DNA from: Mycobacterium leprae TN
Lineage (GTDB): Bacteria > Actinomycetota > Actinomycetes > Mycobacteriales > Mycobacteriaceae
Reading direction: 5' to 3'
Assembly: GCF_000195855.1 (NCBI RefSeq)
Contig: NC_002677.1
Span: 2,160,001 to 2,192,000, forward strand
DNA length: 32,000 nucleotides
A model generated the notes under the pieces. The model was not told the DNA's origin. It saw only the letters and a list, made by a program, of their open reading frames with translations, and ran no database searches. Below, piece by piece: positions 22,363-32,000 of the stretch. The number at the start of each line of letters is the position of its first letter. Position 1 is the stretch's first letter. A program made the translations under genes and the position numbers.

Positions 22363-23048
22363 ATGTCCTGGCTGCGGATCATCACGACCGTGGTTGGAAT
22401 CACAGTTCTGGTTGCGCTGGCTATGTAGGTTCCGACGCACACCGCAGTGCAGTTACGCAAGTGGGCAACATCGCTGGGCTCATGACTTCCGCTAACGTTT
22501 TTGATAGCGCATACTGTCGTCACGGTGGTTCCTATCCCCCACACGACGTATCACTCTGGCTGCCGGGCTACTGTTTGGCCCGGTCGTCGGTGTGCTGATC
22601 GCAGTGCTGGCGGTCCGAGCAGCCCCGGTTGGCAGCTGCATCGCCTGATTCGGCACCAAAGCGGCCGGCATGGTAAACGAGCACTGCAGGAGCGAGGCTG
22701 GCTAACCGTACTGTCGCTGAGGTTTATATTTTTCTGTCGTGGCGTTTTCCGCGATCAACTATGCCGCCGTGTGCCGTGCGAATACCGCCCTACACGTTGC
22801 CCACGCTGGCTGGTCCTGCTGCACGGCACCGCGGCTGTAGTGACACTCGGCTACACGCTCGCCGGTCACGTGAGCTTGACACGATATATCTGGTGTCGCT
22901 GTGTACAGGCGACTTGGATATGGCGGAGCTGATCGTCGAAATCCGCCGCTATCGGCAACACCACCACCGCACATCGAACCAAAGCTGCCGCGCGGGGACC
23001 GACACGCCCCCGAACCGCAGCCATCCACTAAACCGACCGGTGCAGTGA
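22363..23048 (+). pseudogene. TVP38/TMEM64 (DedA-like) membrane protein remnant (Rv1491c-like)
   Basis: WLRIITTVVGITVLVALAM*, FDSAYTVVTVVPIPHTTYHSG.., RIPPYTLPTLAG and YLVSLCTGDLDMAELIVEIRRYRQHHHR, spread over several frames; divergent from mutA. Confidence 0.7.
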
Positions 23049-23194
23049 ACACTTATAGGCAGCTCCCTGATCCACTCCCCTCACAATCACCACCGCATCT
23101 ACCGGCCTGGAAAATTAGGCGCTGCATAGGCTTTCGTTGCAGTCAAAACACTCATACACAAAACCTATCAAGGAAACTCGGGGCGCAAACCTAT

Positions 23195-24319
23195 CTATTC
23201 GTCGACTGGCTGGTAAACCATCGCCTCAGCTTTGGCGACCGCTTGAGCGATCGCCGGATCGGTCTCAACGGAGAACCAGTCCGCGACTTCGGCGTCATCC
23301 TCGTCGGCAGCATGCTTGACAACCTGATCGGAAGAGTCAACGGGGGACGGCTGGAACCGAAATACCCCGTCTTCACCCGGGGCGCCCAGCAGTTTGGTGA
23401 ACCCTTGCAACGCCGTGCTGAAGTCGCTGGGGACAACCCACACCTTGTTGGCGTCACCACGCGCCATCTGCGGCAGTATCTGCAGGTACTGGTAAGCCAG
23501 CATTTCCGGGGTCGGCCTGCCGGCTTTGATCGCAGCGAACGTCTTCTCGATGGCCTTGGCCTGCCCCTGCGCCTGGAGATAGGCCGCGGCACGCTTACCC
23601 TGAGCACGTAGCATCCGCGACTGCCGGTCGGCCTCGGCGGCGAGAATCACGGCCTGCTTGGCGCCCTCGGCAGCCAGGATCTGCGCCTGCTTGTTGCCTT
23701 CGGCCTGCTTGATGGCCGCTTCCCGGGTGCCTTCGGCGGTCAGGATCATCGCCCGCTTCTCCCGGTCGGCCTTCATCTGCTTTTCCATCGAGGTCTGGAT
23801 CGACGGCGGTGGGTCGATGCTGCGCAGCTCCACCCGGGCCACCCGCAGTCCCCAGCGACCGGTCGCCTCGTCCAGCACACCCCGCAGCTGAGCGTTGATC
23901 TGGTCACGGGAGGTCAGAGTCTGCTCCAGCGTCATGCCACCAACGACATTGCGCAACGTAGTCGTGGTGAGCTGTTCAACGCCGACAATGTAGTTACTGA
24001 TTTCATACACTGCCGCCTGCGGAACGGTGACCTGGAAGTAGACCACGGTGTCAATGTTGAGAGTCAAATTGTCCTCGGTGATCACCGGCTGCGGCGGGAA
24101 GGACACCACCCGCTCCCGCAGGTCCACTCGGGCGCGGACACGGTCAATGAAGAGCACCAATAAGGTCAGCTGCCCGCTGACGGTACGACCGTACCGACCT
24201 AGCCGTTCGACTACCGCAGCTTCGGCTTGTGGAATCAACACAATCGACTTGGCCACCACAACGATGGCGAATATCGTCAGGACGGCAAGCAACACCAGAC
24301 CTGCAACCACACCTTGCAC
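23195..24319 (-). CDS. SPFH/band-7 (stomatin/prohibitin-like) membrane protein (Rv1488-like)
   Basis: Intact 374 aa; N-terminal TM, VPQAEAAVVERLGRYGRTVSGQLTLLVLFIDRVRARVDLRERVVSFPPQPVITEDNLTLNIDTVVYFQVT and a coiled QAEGNKQAQILAAEGAKQA region. Confidence 0.93.
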   Translation of the reverse strand: MQGVVAGLVLLAVLTIFAIVVVAKSIVLIPQAEAAVVERLGRYGRTVSGQLTLLVLFIDRVRARVDLRERVVSFPPQPVITEDNLTLNIDTVVYFQVTVPQAAVYEISNYIVGVEQLTTTTLRNVVGGMTLEQTLTSRDQINAQLRGVLDEATGRWGLRVARVELRSIDPPPSIQTSMEKQMKADREKRAMILTAEGTREAAIKQAEGNKQAQILAAEGAKQAVILAAEADRQSRMLRAQGKRAAAYLQAQGQAKAIEKTFAAIKAGRPTPEMLAYQYLQILPQMARGDANKVWVVPSDFSTALQGFTKLLGAPGEDGVFRFQPSPVDSSDQVVKHAADEDDAEVADWFSVETDPAIAQAVAKAEAMVYQPVDE

Positions 24320-24355
24320 TGGGGTTCCTTTCTTCGCAGGGTTCTACCGACGCTC

Positions 24356-24787
24356 TTACCCGTTCCTAAATACCATCGCCGTGGCGCCGTCGATGTGCAC
24401 AACGATTACCGACTCGCCGGCTTCATACACATCATCGTCGCTCAACGTGCGGGCCGTCCACACCTGGCCATCCAGCTTGACCTGGCCCTCATTGCGGGCA
24501 ACGCGATCAAGCACCAGGGCGGCCTTGCCTTCTAGCGCCTTTATGCCCAGCTGTGTTCCCAGAGCGGGCGTTAGCCGCCGCACCGCAGGACGAACCAACG
24601 TCAGTAGCAGAACCGAGACGATCAGGAACACCGTCCCGTCGACCCAGATTGGCCAATCCGTCAGCCAGCCACTTACGGCCGAGGCCAGAGCACCGCCGCC
24701 GAGCATCAACAAGAACATGTCACCCGTTAGCGCCTCAGCACAGGCCAGCACCAGCGCAAAAATCAGCCAAACTAGCGCGACAGGCAT
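24356..24787 (-). CDS. NfeD-like membrane/OB-fold protein (Rv1487-like)
   Basis: [42 protein letters not shown].. then [33 protein letters not shown], a typical NfeD C-terminal OB fold. ATG at 24787 is more plausible than the ORF start at 24829. Confidence 0.88.
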   Translation of the reverse strand: MPVALVWLIFALVLACAEALTGDMFLLMLGGGALASAVSGWLTDWPIWVDGTVFLIVSVLLLTLVRPAVRRLTPALGTQLGIKALEGKAALVLDRVARNEGQVKLDGQVWTARTLSDDDVYEAGESVIVVHIDGATAMVFRNG

Positions 24788-24844
24788 GCGGCCAGAATAC
24801 GCATAATCGGCCTTCTTAGGGCCGAACAACTACACTGCGAAATC

Positions 24845-25741
24845 ATGTGGTGTCCCAGTGTTTCACTGTCCGTGTGGGCCAACGCCTGGCTCGCCGGCAA
24901 GGCTGCGCCCGACGACCTATTGGATGCGTTATCGCTCTGGACACCAATGCAATCAGTTGCCGCATATGACGCCGTCGCGGCCGGCCATACCGGACTGCCG
25001 TGGCCCGACATTCACGACGCCGGAACAGTCTCGCTGTTACAAACCCTACGTACCGCGGTCGGCAGGCCGACGAAATCTACGCCCAATGACCCACATCGGT
25101 TGCGTGGGACAATAAATGTGGTACTGCCGGTACCCGGCGACGTGCACGGGCTGGTCACGGGCACGCAATTCGAGCATGATGCCCTGGCTGCGAGCGAGGC
25201 GGTAATCATCACCAACCCGCACGATTCCAGCACCGCCGTCGGACTCGTCCCGGAGTACTCCTACAGCAATCCCGAGCAGTACACCAACAGCGAAGAGACA
25301 CGTCTCTCCGAATTGTCTGCGCTATCTTGGGTGGTGTACTCACTACCTGGCGTACCCTTGTTCGACCATCACGAACTGGGTGACGCCGAATACGCACTGC
25401 GATCCGCGGTGCGCTCCGCCGCCGATGCGCTCGGCACCATTGAACTGAATTCCGCGACAGCCGACATAACCGATCCGCGGGGGCTTGTCGAACAATTGCT
25501 GGAATCCTCACGGCAACACAGAGTTCCAGACCACGCGCCATCACGTGCATTGAGGGTATTGGAGAACGCTGCGCACGTTGATGCGATAATCTCGGTAAGC
25601 ACCGGCCTAACACCAATCGGAACCCACTCATTGTCCGACATCGAGATCGCTAGCAATGCGCTGCGACCGCTCACCGCGGTGGTACGTTCGGCAAGGATGG
25701 CGGCGGTCAACGCAATCCTGCACTCGGCCTGGCCCGACTGA
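24845..25741 (+). CDS. Conserved hypothetical protein (Rv1486c-like), intact
   Basis: Uninterrupted 298-aa ORF with mycobacterial codon usage in the position and orientation expected from M. tuberculosis; no strong domain recognised. Confidence 0.8.
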   Translation: MWCPSVSLSVWANAWLAGKAAPDDLLDALSLWTPMQSVAAYDAVAAGHTGLPWPDIHDAGTVSLLQTLRTAVGRPTKSTPNDPHRLRGTINVVLPVPGDVHGLVTGTQFEHDALAASEAVIITNPHDSSTAVGLVPEYSYSNPEQYTNSEETRLSELSALSWVVYSLPGVPLFDHHELGDAEYALRSAVRSAADALGTIELNSATADITDPRGLVEQLLESSRQHRVPDHAPSRALRVLENAAHVDAIISVSTGLTPIGTHSLSDIEIASNALRPLTAVVRSARMAAVNAILHSAWPD

Positions 25742-25777
25742 TTGTACCGCGCCATACAAATCCACGCCGGACTCTAC

Positions 25778-26788
25778 CTACGCAACACAGTGCGGTAGAT
25801 CGCACGGCACGCCATTGATGCTGGCCAGGCAACCCGGCACCGGATCGGAGCCATTCACCCGAACGGGCACGCGGTCGTGCGTGAGTTCGTCGATCAAACT
25901 TGCGGCCAGCCGGGCGAACCGCCGATCGGCGTTAGGTGTAGCGGCCCGGGCGAACGCGACGCCCGCCGCGTCTGCTTGAGATCGCAATTCGTGATCTAGA
26001 TCCCACACCACCTCAATATGGTCAGCGACAAACCCGATTGGACAGACGATGACGGCTTTGGTGCCGGCGGACGCCAGCGTCATGAGTTGATCGCCAACAT
26101 CGGGCGCTAACCACGGAACATACGGCGGCCCCGACCGAGACTGCCAGGTCAGGTCGTAGTCGGCGTATCCAGCACCGGCCGCGACGAGCCTTGCAGCATA
26201 ACCGACTTGGCGGCTATAGAGCGCAGGACCGCAGCGTCGGTCAGTAGCCACCGGAACCGAATGCGCGGTGAACACTAGCCGCGCTTCGCTGCGCAGCGCA
26301 GCGGGCAAGCTGGCGGCAGCAGCCGTGATGGCATCGACGAACATCTCGACGAAAAGCGGATGATCGAAGTAGGGCCGCAATTTAACCAGATTGGGCGCGC
26401 CCGTACCAGCTCGCCGACGAGCACGGGCAATGGCTTCAACATATCGCGTGCAACTGGAATAGCCACTCCACGCCGACGTGATGAACACAGCAGCACAACG
26501 AATACCATCGTCTCGCATGGTCACAACGGAATCCTCTATGTAGGGTTCCCAGTTACGGTTGCCGAAATAGACGGGCAGGTCCAGTTCCACTTGCAGCTCA
26601 TTGACCAGGGCGAGGTTGATCCCATTGATTGGCGACACTCCACCGAAATGCAGGTAATGCTTGGTAACTTCATCAAGGCGTTCGGGTGGCACGTTGCATC
26701 CCCGAGTGACGTTCTCCAGAAACGGCCGCACCTGCTCGGGTCCGTCCGGACCGCCGAAGGACAAAAGTAGAGCTGCATCGAAAAGCAT
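25778..26788 (-). CDS. hemH: Ferrochelatase/coproporphyrin ferrochelatase
   Basis: Intact 336 aa; [56 protein letters not shown] and [22 protein letters not shown]. Confidence 0.95.
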   Translation of the reverse strand: MLFDAALLLSFGGPDGPEQVRPFLENVTRGCNVPPERLDEVTKHYLHFGGVSPINGINLALVNELQVELDLPVYFGNRNWEPYIEDSVVTMRDDGIRCAAVFITSAWSGYSSCTRYVEAIARARRRAGTGAPNLVKLRPYFDHPLFVEMFVDAITAAAASLPAALRSEARLVFTAHSVPVATDRRCGPALYSRQVGYAARLVAAGAGYADYDLTWQSRSGPPYVPWLAPDVGDQLMTLASAGTKAVIVCPIGFVADHIEVVWDLDHELRSQADAAGVAFARAATPNADRRFARLAASLIDELTHDRVPVRVNGSDPVPGCLASINGVPCDLPHCVA

Positions 26789-26794
26789 TGCCGT

Positions 26795-27604
26795 TTAGAG
26801 TAGTTGGGTGCTAGCACCGCCGTCGGCATAGATGATGCTACCGGTAGTAGCCGGCAACCACTCAGACAACAGCGCGCACACCGTCTTAGCGACTGGCGTG
26901 GGATCCTTCATGTTCCAGCCGATCGGGGCACGCTGATCCCAGCCCTCCTCGAGCAGCTGCATCTGAGCACCGGCCTCCTCGCCGAACGCACCACCGACGA
27001 TAGCGCTCATCGCCAGTGTCCGGATAGGACCCGCCGCAACGAGATTGGAGCGTACACCGTACTTGCCAGCCTCGCGCGCAACAAAACGATTGACCGACTC
27101 CAGCGCGCTCTTAGCCACGGTCATCCAGTTGTAAGCCGGCATGGCCCGGGTCGGATCGAAATCCATGCCCACGATGGAGCCGCCAGAGTTCATGATCAGC
27201 AGCAGCGCCTTGGCCAACGAGGCGTACGAGTACGTCGAGATGTGGATACCCTTGGAAACGTCCTCATAGGGCGCATCGAAGAACTGGTTGGTGCCCATCC
27301 CGGTCTGCGGCATGAAGCCGATCGAGTGCACCACGCCGTCGAGCTTGTTACCTTCTCCGATCTCGGCCGTCACCCGCTCGGCTAGCGTGGCCAAGTGCTC
27401 TTCGTTCTGCACGTCAAGTTCGATCAGCGGCGCCTTGTCCGGCAGCCGGTCGGCTATACGCTGAATCAGCCGCAACCGGTCGAATCCGGTCAGCACCAAC
27501 TGCGCCCCCGCTTCCTGGGCTACCTTGGCGATGTGAAACGCGATCGACGAATCGGTGATGATCCCGCTGACCAGAATCCTTTTGCCTTCGAGCAGTCCTG
27601 CCAT
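26795..27604 (-). CDS. inhA: NADH-dependent enoyl-ACP reductase InhA
   Basis: Intact 269 aa, [48 protein letters not shown].., [14 protein letters not shown] and [41 protein letters not shown]. Confidence 0.98.
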   Translation of the reverse strand: MAGLLEGKRILVSGIITDSSIAFHIAKVAQEAGAQLVLTGFDRLRLIQRIADRLPDKAPLIELDVQNEEHLATLAERVTAEIGEGNKLDGVVHSIGFMPQTGMGTNQFFDAPYEDVSKGIHISTYSYASLAKALLLIMNSGGSIVGMDFDPTRAMPAYNWMTVAKSALESVNRFVAREAGKYGVRSNLVAAGPIRTLAMSAIVGGAFGEEAGAQMQLLEEGWDQRAPIGWNMKDPTPVAKTVCALLSEWLPATTGSIIYADGGASTQLL

Positions 27605-27633
27605 GTTCGTCCTTGTATGTGTTCGATACTTTC

Positions 27634-28404
<771 letters not shown>

Positions 28405-28467
28405 CTATCGCCTCACCGCGGCCGACCCAACACCGGCCGGTCTGACTCTGACGCAACTGTAACAAAA

Positions 28468-29475
28468 CTAGGTCGGCAGCCGGCGGTTGATCAGCAGCGC
28501 CGTCAGCGCAGCCAGCGCAAGCACCAGCACACCCAGCCGCAGCCAGCCAGCGCTGGCGTCACCCTTGATGGTCTCGTAGCCGATCTGCTGCTGCAGTGAC
28601 GCATAAACGGCTTTTAGTTCCGCTAAGGTCGCCGCATTGTACGAGTTACCACCGGAGAGCTGGGCGACCTTCTTCATCGTCTCGTCGTCGACGGGCACCG
28701 GCTGACGCTGACCGTTGATCTCAACGAAGCCGTACACGGTGCCAAACGAGATCGTTGAGATCGGCACGCCCTGGTCCTTGGCGGTGCGCGCAGCAGTATA
28801 AGCGCCCTTGGGGTTGTCCGGGTTGGTCGGCATCGTCTCCTTGCCGTCAGAGAACAACACGATACGCGCCGGTGGTGGCATTTCACCGCCGCCTATCACC
28901 GCACCTACGGTGGCGATGGCCTGCAGCGCGGTAAAGATGGCCTCTCCAGTGGCGGTACGGTCGGCAAACTGCAATTTGTCGAGCGCGTTCTTGGTGGCGT
29001 ACCGATTGGTGGTTGGTGACACCAGCACCGTTGCCGTGCCCGCGTAGGCGATCAGGCCAAGGTTGATGCCTGGAGTCAGCTCGCCGGCAAACTGTTTTGC
29101 AGCCTCTTGCGCCGCAGCCATCCGATTGGGTTCGACATCGGTAGCACGCATCGACTGCGATACGTCGATAACCAGCATGACCACCGCGCGGTTACGCGGA
29201 ATCCGAACGTCGTTCGTCGGCCCCGCCATCGCAATGGTGAACAGCAACAACGCCAACATCAGCAGAATCGCGGGCACGTGGCGCCATTGAACAGGTCGGT
29301 TGGGAGCTACGCTTTCCAGCAACTCCATGTTGGCAAACCGCAGCATGCGTCGCTGGCGCGCCACCTGCATCATGACGTAGAACGCGGCTAGCCCAAAAAC
29401 GATAAAGATGAACAGAAAAAACCACGAGTGTTCGAAACCGGACAGCGACATCGGCCCCAGCAACGGCAGCGTCAT
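28468..29475 (-). CDS. VWA-domain membrane protein (BatA-like, Rv1481-like)
   Basis: Intact 335 aa; N- and C-terminal TM helices, [25 protein letters not shown] (MIDAS DxSxS) and [11 protein letters not shown]. Confidence 0.93.
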   Translation of the reverse strand: MTLPLLGPMSLSGFEHSWFFLFIFIVFGLAAFYVMMQVARQRRMLRFANMELLESVAPNRPVQWRHVPAILLMLALLLFTIAMAGPTNDVRIPRNRAVVMLVIDVSQSMRATDVEPNRMAAAQEAAKQFAGELTPGINLGLIAYAGTATVLVSPTTNRYATKNALDKLQFADRTATGEAIFTALQAIATVGAVIGGGEMPPPARIVLFSDGKETMPTNPDNPKGAYTAARTAKDQGVPISTISFGTVYGFVEINGQRQPVPVDDETMKKVAQLSGGNSYNAATLAELKAVYASLQQQIGYETIKGDASAGWLRLGVLVLALAALTALLINRRLPT

Positions 29476-29518
29476 AGCCGACCCGCCTTAAAAGGTGCGA
29501 GCGTGTGTGCCACATCAG

Positions 29519-30481
29519 TCACTGGCGTCCCGCCAATGCCCCACGCCGACGAGATTCGACGAAACGGACTATGTCAGCGATCCAGTCCCGGTCGGTGCGC
29601 AGCGACATCAGCGGTGCCCCACAATTGCGCAGGCTGCGGGAGACATCGGCGCAGTGGGCGGCAGCGGCCCTCGCAAAATCGTCACGCAACGCTGCATCGA
29701 TGGTGAACTCTCGGGTGACACCGGTTTCGGCGTCCTGCAAGACAACCTCGCCAATGTCGGGCAGTGCTACATCGCGGGGGTCGAGCACCTCGATACCGAG
29801 TACCTCATGCCGGGCTGCAATCGCGCGCAGCGGGCGCATCCAGTTAATCGGGCCCAGGAAATCGCTTATGATGACGGCCATTCCGCGGCGGCGTTCCGGC
29901 CGGCGTAGTGCGTCGATGGCAACCGTCAAGTCGCCACGTACCCCGACCGGCGCTTTAGGCGTGGTAGCGATGGTGCGCAACAGTGTCTGCTCATGTTGGC
30001 GTCCGGAACGTGCCGGTACCCGGGTCATTCTCGCGCCATTGCAGATCAGCGCTCCGAGCCGGTTTCCGCCACCACTGTTGAGGAAGGTGATCGCAGCAGC
30101 CGCCGCCACAGCCAAGTCACGTTTCTCGCAGATGGTGGTGCCGAAGTCCAGGCTAGCCGACATGTCGATCACCATCCAGGTCTCCAGTTCACGGTCAGCG
30201 ATCATCTGCCGAACATGCGGGTGAGTCGTGCGTGCGGTGACCGCCCAATCCATCCGGCGGACGTCGTCGCCAGGCTGATACACGCGCGACTCTCCCGGCT
30301 CTGATCCCGGGCCCGAGATCAGGCCGAGGTGGTCACCATGCAGGACTCCGTCGAGTTTGCGTTTGACTGTGAGCTCGAGTGTCCGCAACGCCGCCGACAG
30401 CTTCGGGTCGTCGATCTGCCCGCGCTGCATCGAAGGCGGGTGGAACACCCCTGGCTTCGCGGCGGGGTTTGGATCGATCAC
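29519..30481 (-). CDS. DUF58 domain protein (Rv1480-like)
   Basis: Intact 320 aa; ESRVYQPGDDVRRMDWAVTARTTHPHVRQMIADRELETWMVIDMSASLDFGT, the DUF58 core. Confidence 0.93.
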   Translation of the reverse strand: MIDPNPAAKPGVFHPPSMQRGQIDDPKLSAALRTLELTVKRKLDGVLHGDHLGLISGPGSEPGESRVYQPGDDVRRMDWAVTARTTHPHVRQMIADRELETWMVIDMSASLDFGTTICEKRDLAVAAAAAITFLNSGGGNRLGALICNGARMTRVPARSGRQHEQTLLRTIATTPKAPVGVRGDLTVAIDALRRPERRRGMAVIISDFLGPINWMRPLRAIAARHEVLGIEVLDPRDVALPDIGEVVLQDAETGVTREFTIDAALRDDFARAAAAHCADVSRSLRNCGAPLMSLRTDRDWIADIVRFVESRRRGALAGRQ

Positions 30482-31632
30482 CGACCGCTGGCCGCGGCCG
30501 CGGCCTGCGTCACCGAAGGTACTGAATGGCCTTGTTGCGGAAAAGAATTCACCTGTGGCAGGGCAACTGTCTGCAGAACACGGTTGATGACAATTTCCGG
30601 GGAGATTTCGTCGGCAAGCGCGTTGTAGGTTAGCACCAATCGGTGCCGTAGTACGTCGGGAATAACCTCGATGACGTCCTGCGGGATCACGTAGTCACGT
30701 CCCCTCACCAAAGCCAGCGACCGAGATGCCTTAATGATACCCAATGAAGCACGCGGGGAGGCGCCGAACGAGATCCACGTCTTAACATCGTTCATGCCCA
30801 GTTGCTCGGGGTGGCGGGTGGCGGTGACTACGCGCACCACATAGTCAACCAGCGCATGGTGAACGAAGTTGTTGGCCGAAATCTCCTGCAGCCGCAGCAG
30901 ATCGCCGGCATTCAAGATCTGTTTGGGCACTGGTGGGGTGACACCCATCCGGTAGATGATCTCCCGCTCCTCCTCGGGTGAAGGGTAGCCGACGTTGATC
31001 TTGAACAGGAAACGGTCGCGCTGCGCCTCGGGCAACAGATAAACACCCTCGTGCTCGATCGGGTTTTGCGTCGCCATCACCAGGAACGGGTTGGGCAATG
31101 GGAACGTCTTGCCCCCTATGGACACATGGCGTTCCTGCATAACCTCCAGCAGCGCCGACTGCACCTTAGCCGGGGCCCGGTTAATCTCATCGGCCAGCAG
31201 GAAATTGACCACCACCGGGCCAAGCTCAGTGTCGAATTCTTCCTTGCCTTGCCGATAGATACGGGTACCGATGATATCGGTGGGAACCAGGTCGGGGGTG
31301 AACTGGATGCGCGCGAAGGTCCCACCGACCACCCGCGCGAAGGTCTCCACTGCCAGCGTCTTGGCCACACCGGGAACACCCTCAAGCAGGACGTGTCCTT
31401 TGGACAGCAGACCGACTAGCATCCGCTCAACGAGTTGATCCTGGCCGACTATGACCCGCTTAACCTCGAAGATCGCACGCTCCAAGGTGTGCACCTCGGC
31501 AACCAACCCGTCAGCGCCACCCGGAGGCGCCTCATGAGCCCTCGGGCCTGATTGCCCACCCGGGCCCGAACAACCGTCGGCGCCCACGGGCAACCCTCCT
31601 GCTGATGTCATCACGCTCCTTTCTCGGCTCAA
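30478..31632 (-). CDS. moxR1: MoxR-family AAA+ ATPase (Rv1479-like); start may be 31611
   Basis: Intact; GHVLLEGVPGVAKTLAVETFARVVGGTFARIQFTPDLVPTDIIG, FLLADEINRAPAKVQSALLEVMQERHVSIG and MATQNPIEHEGVYLLPEAQRDRFLFK. Confidence 0.95.
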   Translation of the reverse strand: MSRERSVMTSAGGLPVGADGCSGPGGQSGPRAHEAPPGGADGLVAEVHTLERAIFEVKRVIVGQDQLVERMLVGLLSKGHVLLEGVPGVAKTLAVETFARVVGGTFARIQFTPDLVPTDIIGTRIYRQGKEEFDTELGPVVVNFLLADEINRAPAKVQSALLEVMQERHVSIGGKTFPLPNPFLVMATQNPIEHEGVYLLPEAQRDRFLFKINVGYPSPEEEREIIYRMGVTPPVPKQILNAGDLLRLQEISANNFVHHALVDYVVRVVTATRHPEQLGMNDVKTWISFGASPRASLGIIKASRSLALVRGRDYVIPQDVIEVIPDVLRHRLVLTYNALADEISPEIVINRVLQTVALPQVNSFPQQGHSVPSVTQAAAAASGR

Positions 31633-31845
31633 CCAACAAAGCCCAATCGGACACGACCCAATATCACGACATGTCCGCGTTCAACTATTCCAGGCCTCGT
31701 GGATTCCGTCGACGCCGCGGTTCCGTCGATCAATCCCCCAGTTCTTGAGCGGGCCGGAACGGCCCTAGGTGGAGAAACCCCAGCCGGAACAGCAGCTAGG
31801 TGCAAACCGTGCCGGCCCGGACCACCAGCTTGACAACGCACCGAA

Positions 31846-32000
31846 TCAAGACTCGATGATCCGAGTCACAAACGGCGTCATACCAGCCTTACGCACCGAG
31901 CTGACGGTGACTTTGCCGACGCTGCTAGATGCTTCCAACATCTGACCGTTGCCCAGATACATGGTGACATGCTGACCTCCACCCGGGCCGTAAAAAATCA
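31846..32000 (-). CDS. ripB: C-terminus of an NlpC/P60 peptidoglycan endopeptidase, likely RipB (partial, continues off window)
   Basis: Minus strand reads FYGPGGGQHVTMYLGNGQMLEASSSVGKVTVSSVRKAGMTPFVTRIIES* with the catalytic-His GGxQHVxMYLG motif; adjacent to moxR1 as Rv1478 is in M. tuberculosis. Confidence 0.85.
   Translation of the reverse strand, partial: IFYGPGGGQHVTMYLGNGQMLEASSSVGKVTVSSVRKAGMTPFVTRIIES

Noticed and set aside
24048-24806. 252-aa plus-strand ORF, plus similar ones at 29505..30224 and 19649..20035
   Set aside because: Antisense to the intact SPFH, NfeD, DUF58 and mutB genes, Ser/Thr/Arg-rich, no domain.

Overview
This window looks like decayed mycobacterial chromosome from Mycobacterium leprae or a very close relative. 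The anchor is the predicted 147-residue protein at 14297-14743, which I recognise as the M. leprae 18 kDa antigen (Hsp18). Many neighbouring genes are recognisable only as frame-broken remnants. Roughly the left 16.9 kb is mostly pseudogenes. Four ORFs there look intact: an MscR-like alcohol dehydrogenase (275-1360), a small NYN/PIN-like protein (about 5620-5997), a MalY/PatB-type aminotransferase (11512-12720) and hsp18 (14297-14743). The right 15 kb is mostly intact and syntenic with the M. tuberculosis Rv1496-Rv1478 block: meaB, mutB, mutA, a broken TVP38-like gene, SPFH/stomatin, NfeD-like, a conserved hypothetical, hemH, inhA, fabG1, VWA, DUF58, moxR1 and the 3' end of ripB. I found no CRISPR array, phage, transposase, rRNA or tRNA gene, and no convincing previously undescribed system. 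The most notable unannotated signal is a 55-bp near-perfect palindrome at 136-190. As plus-strand RNA it can pair across all 27 positions, with 2 G.U pairs, and it lies 84 nt upstream of the dehydrogenase start codon. Other points of interest are the sharp decay/retention boundary near 16.9 kb, the broken HspR/MerR-like gene divergent from hsp18, and a probable synteny junction around hsp18. All homology calls are from memory and visual reading; no alignment was run.
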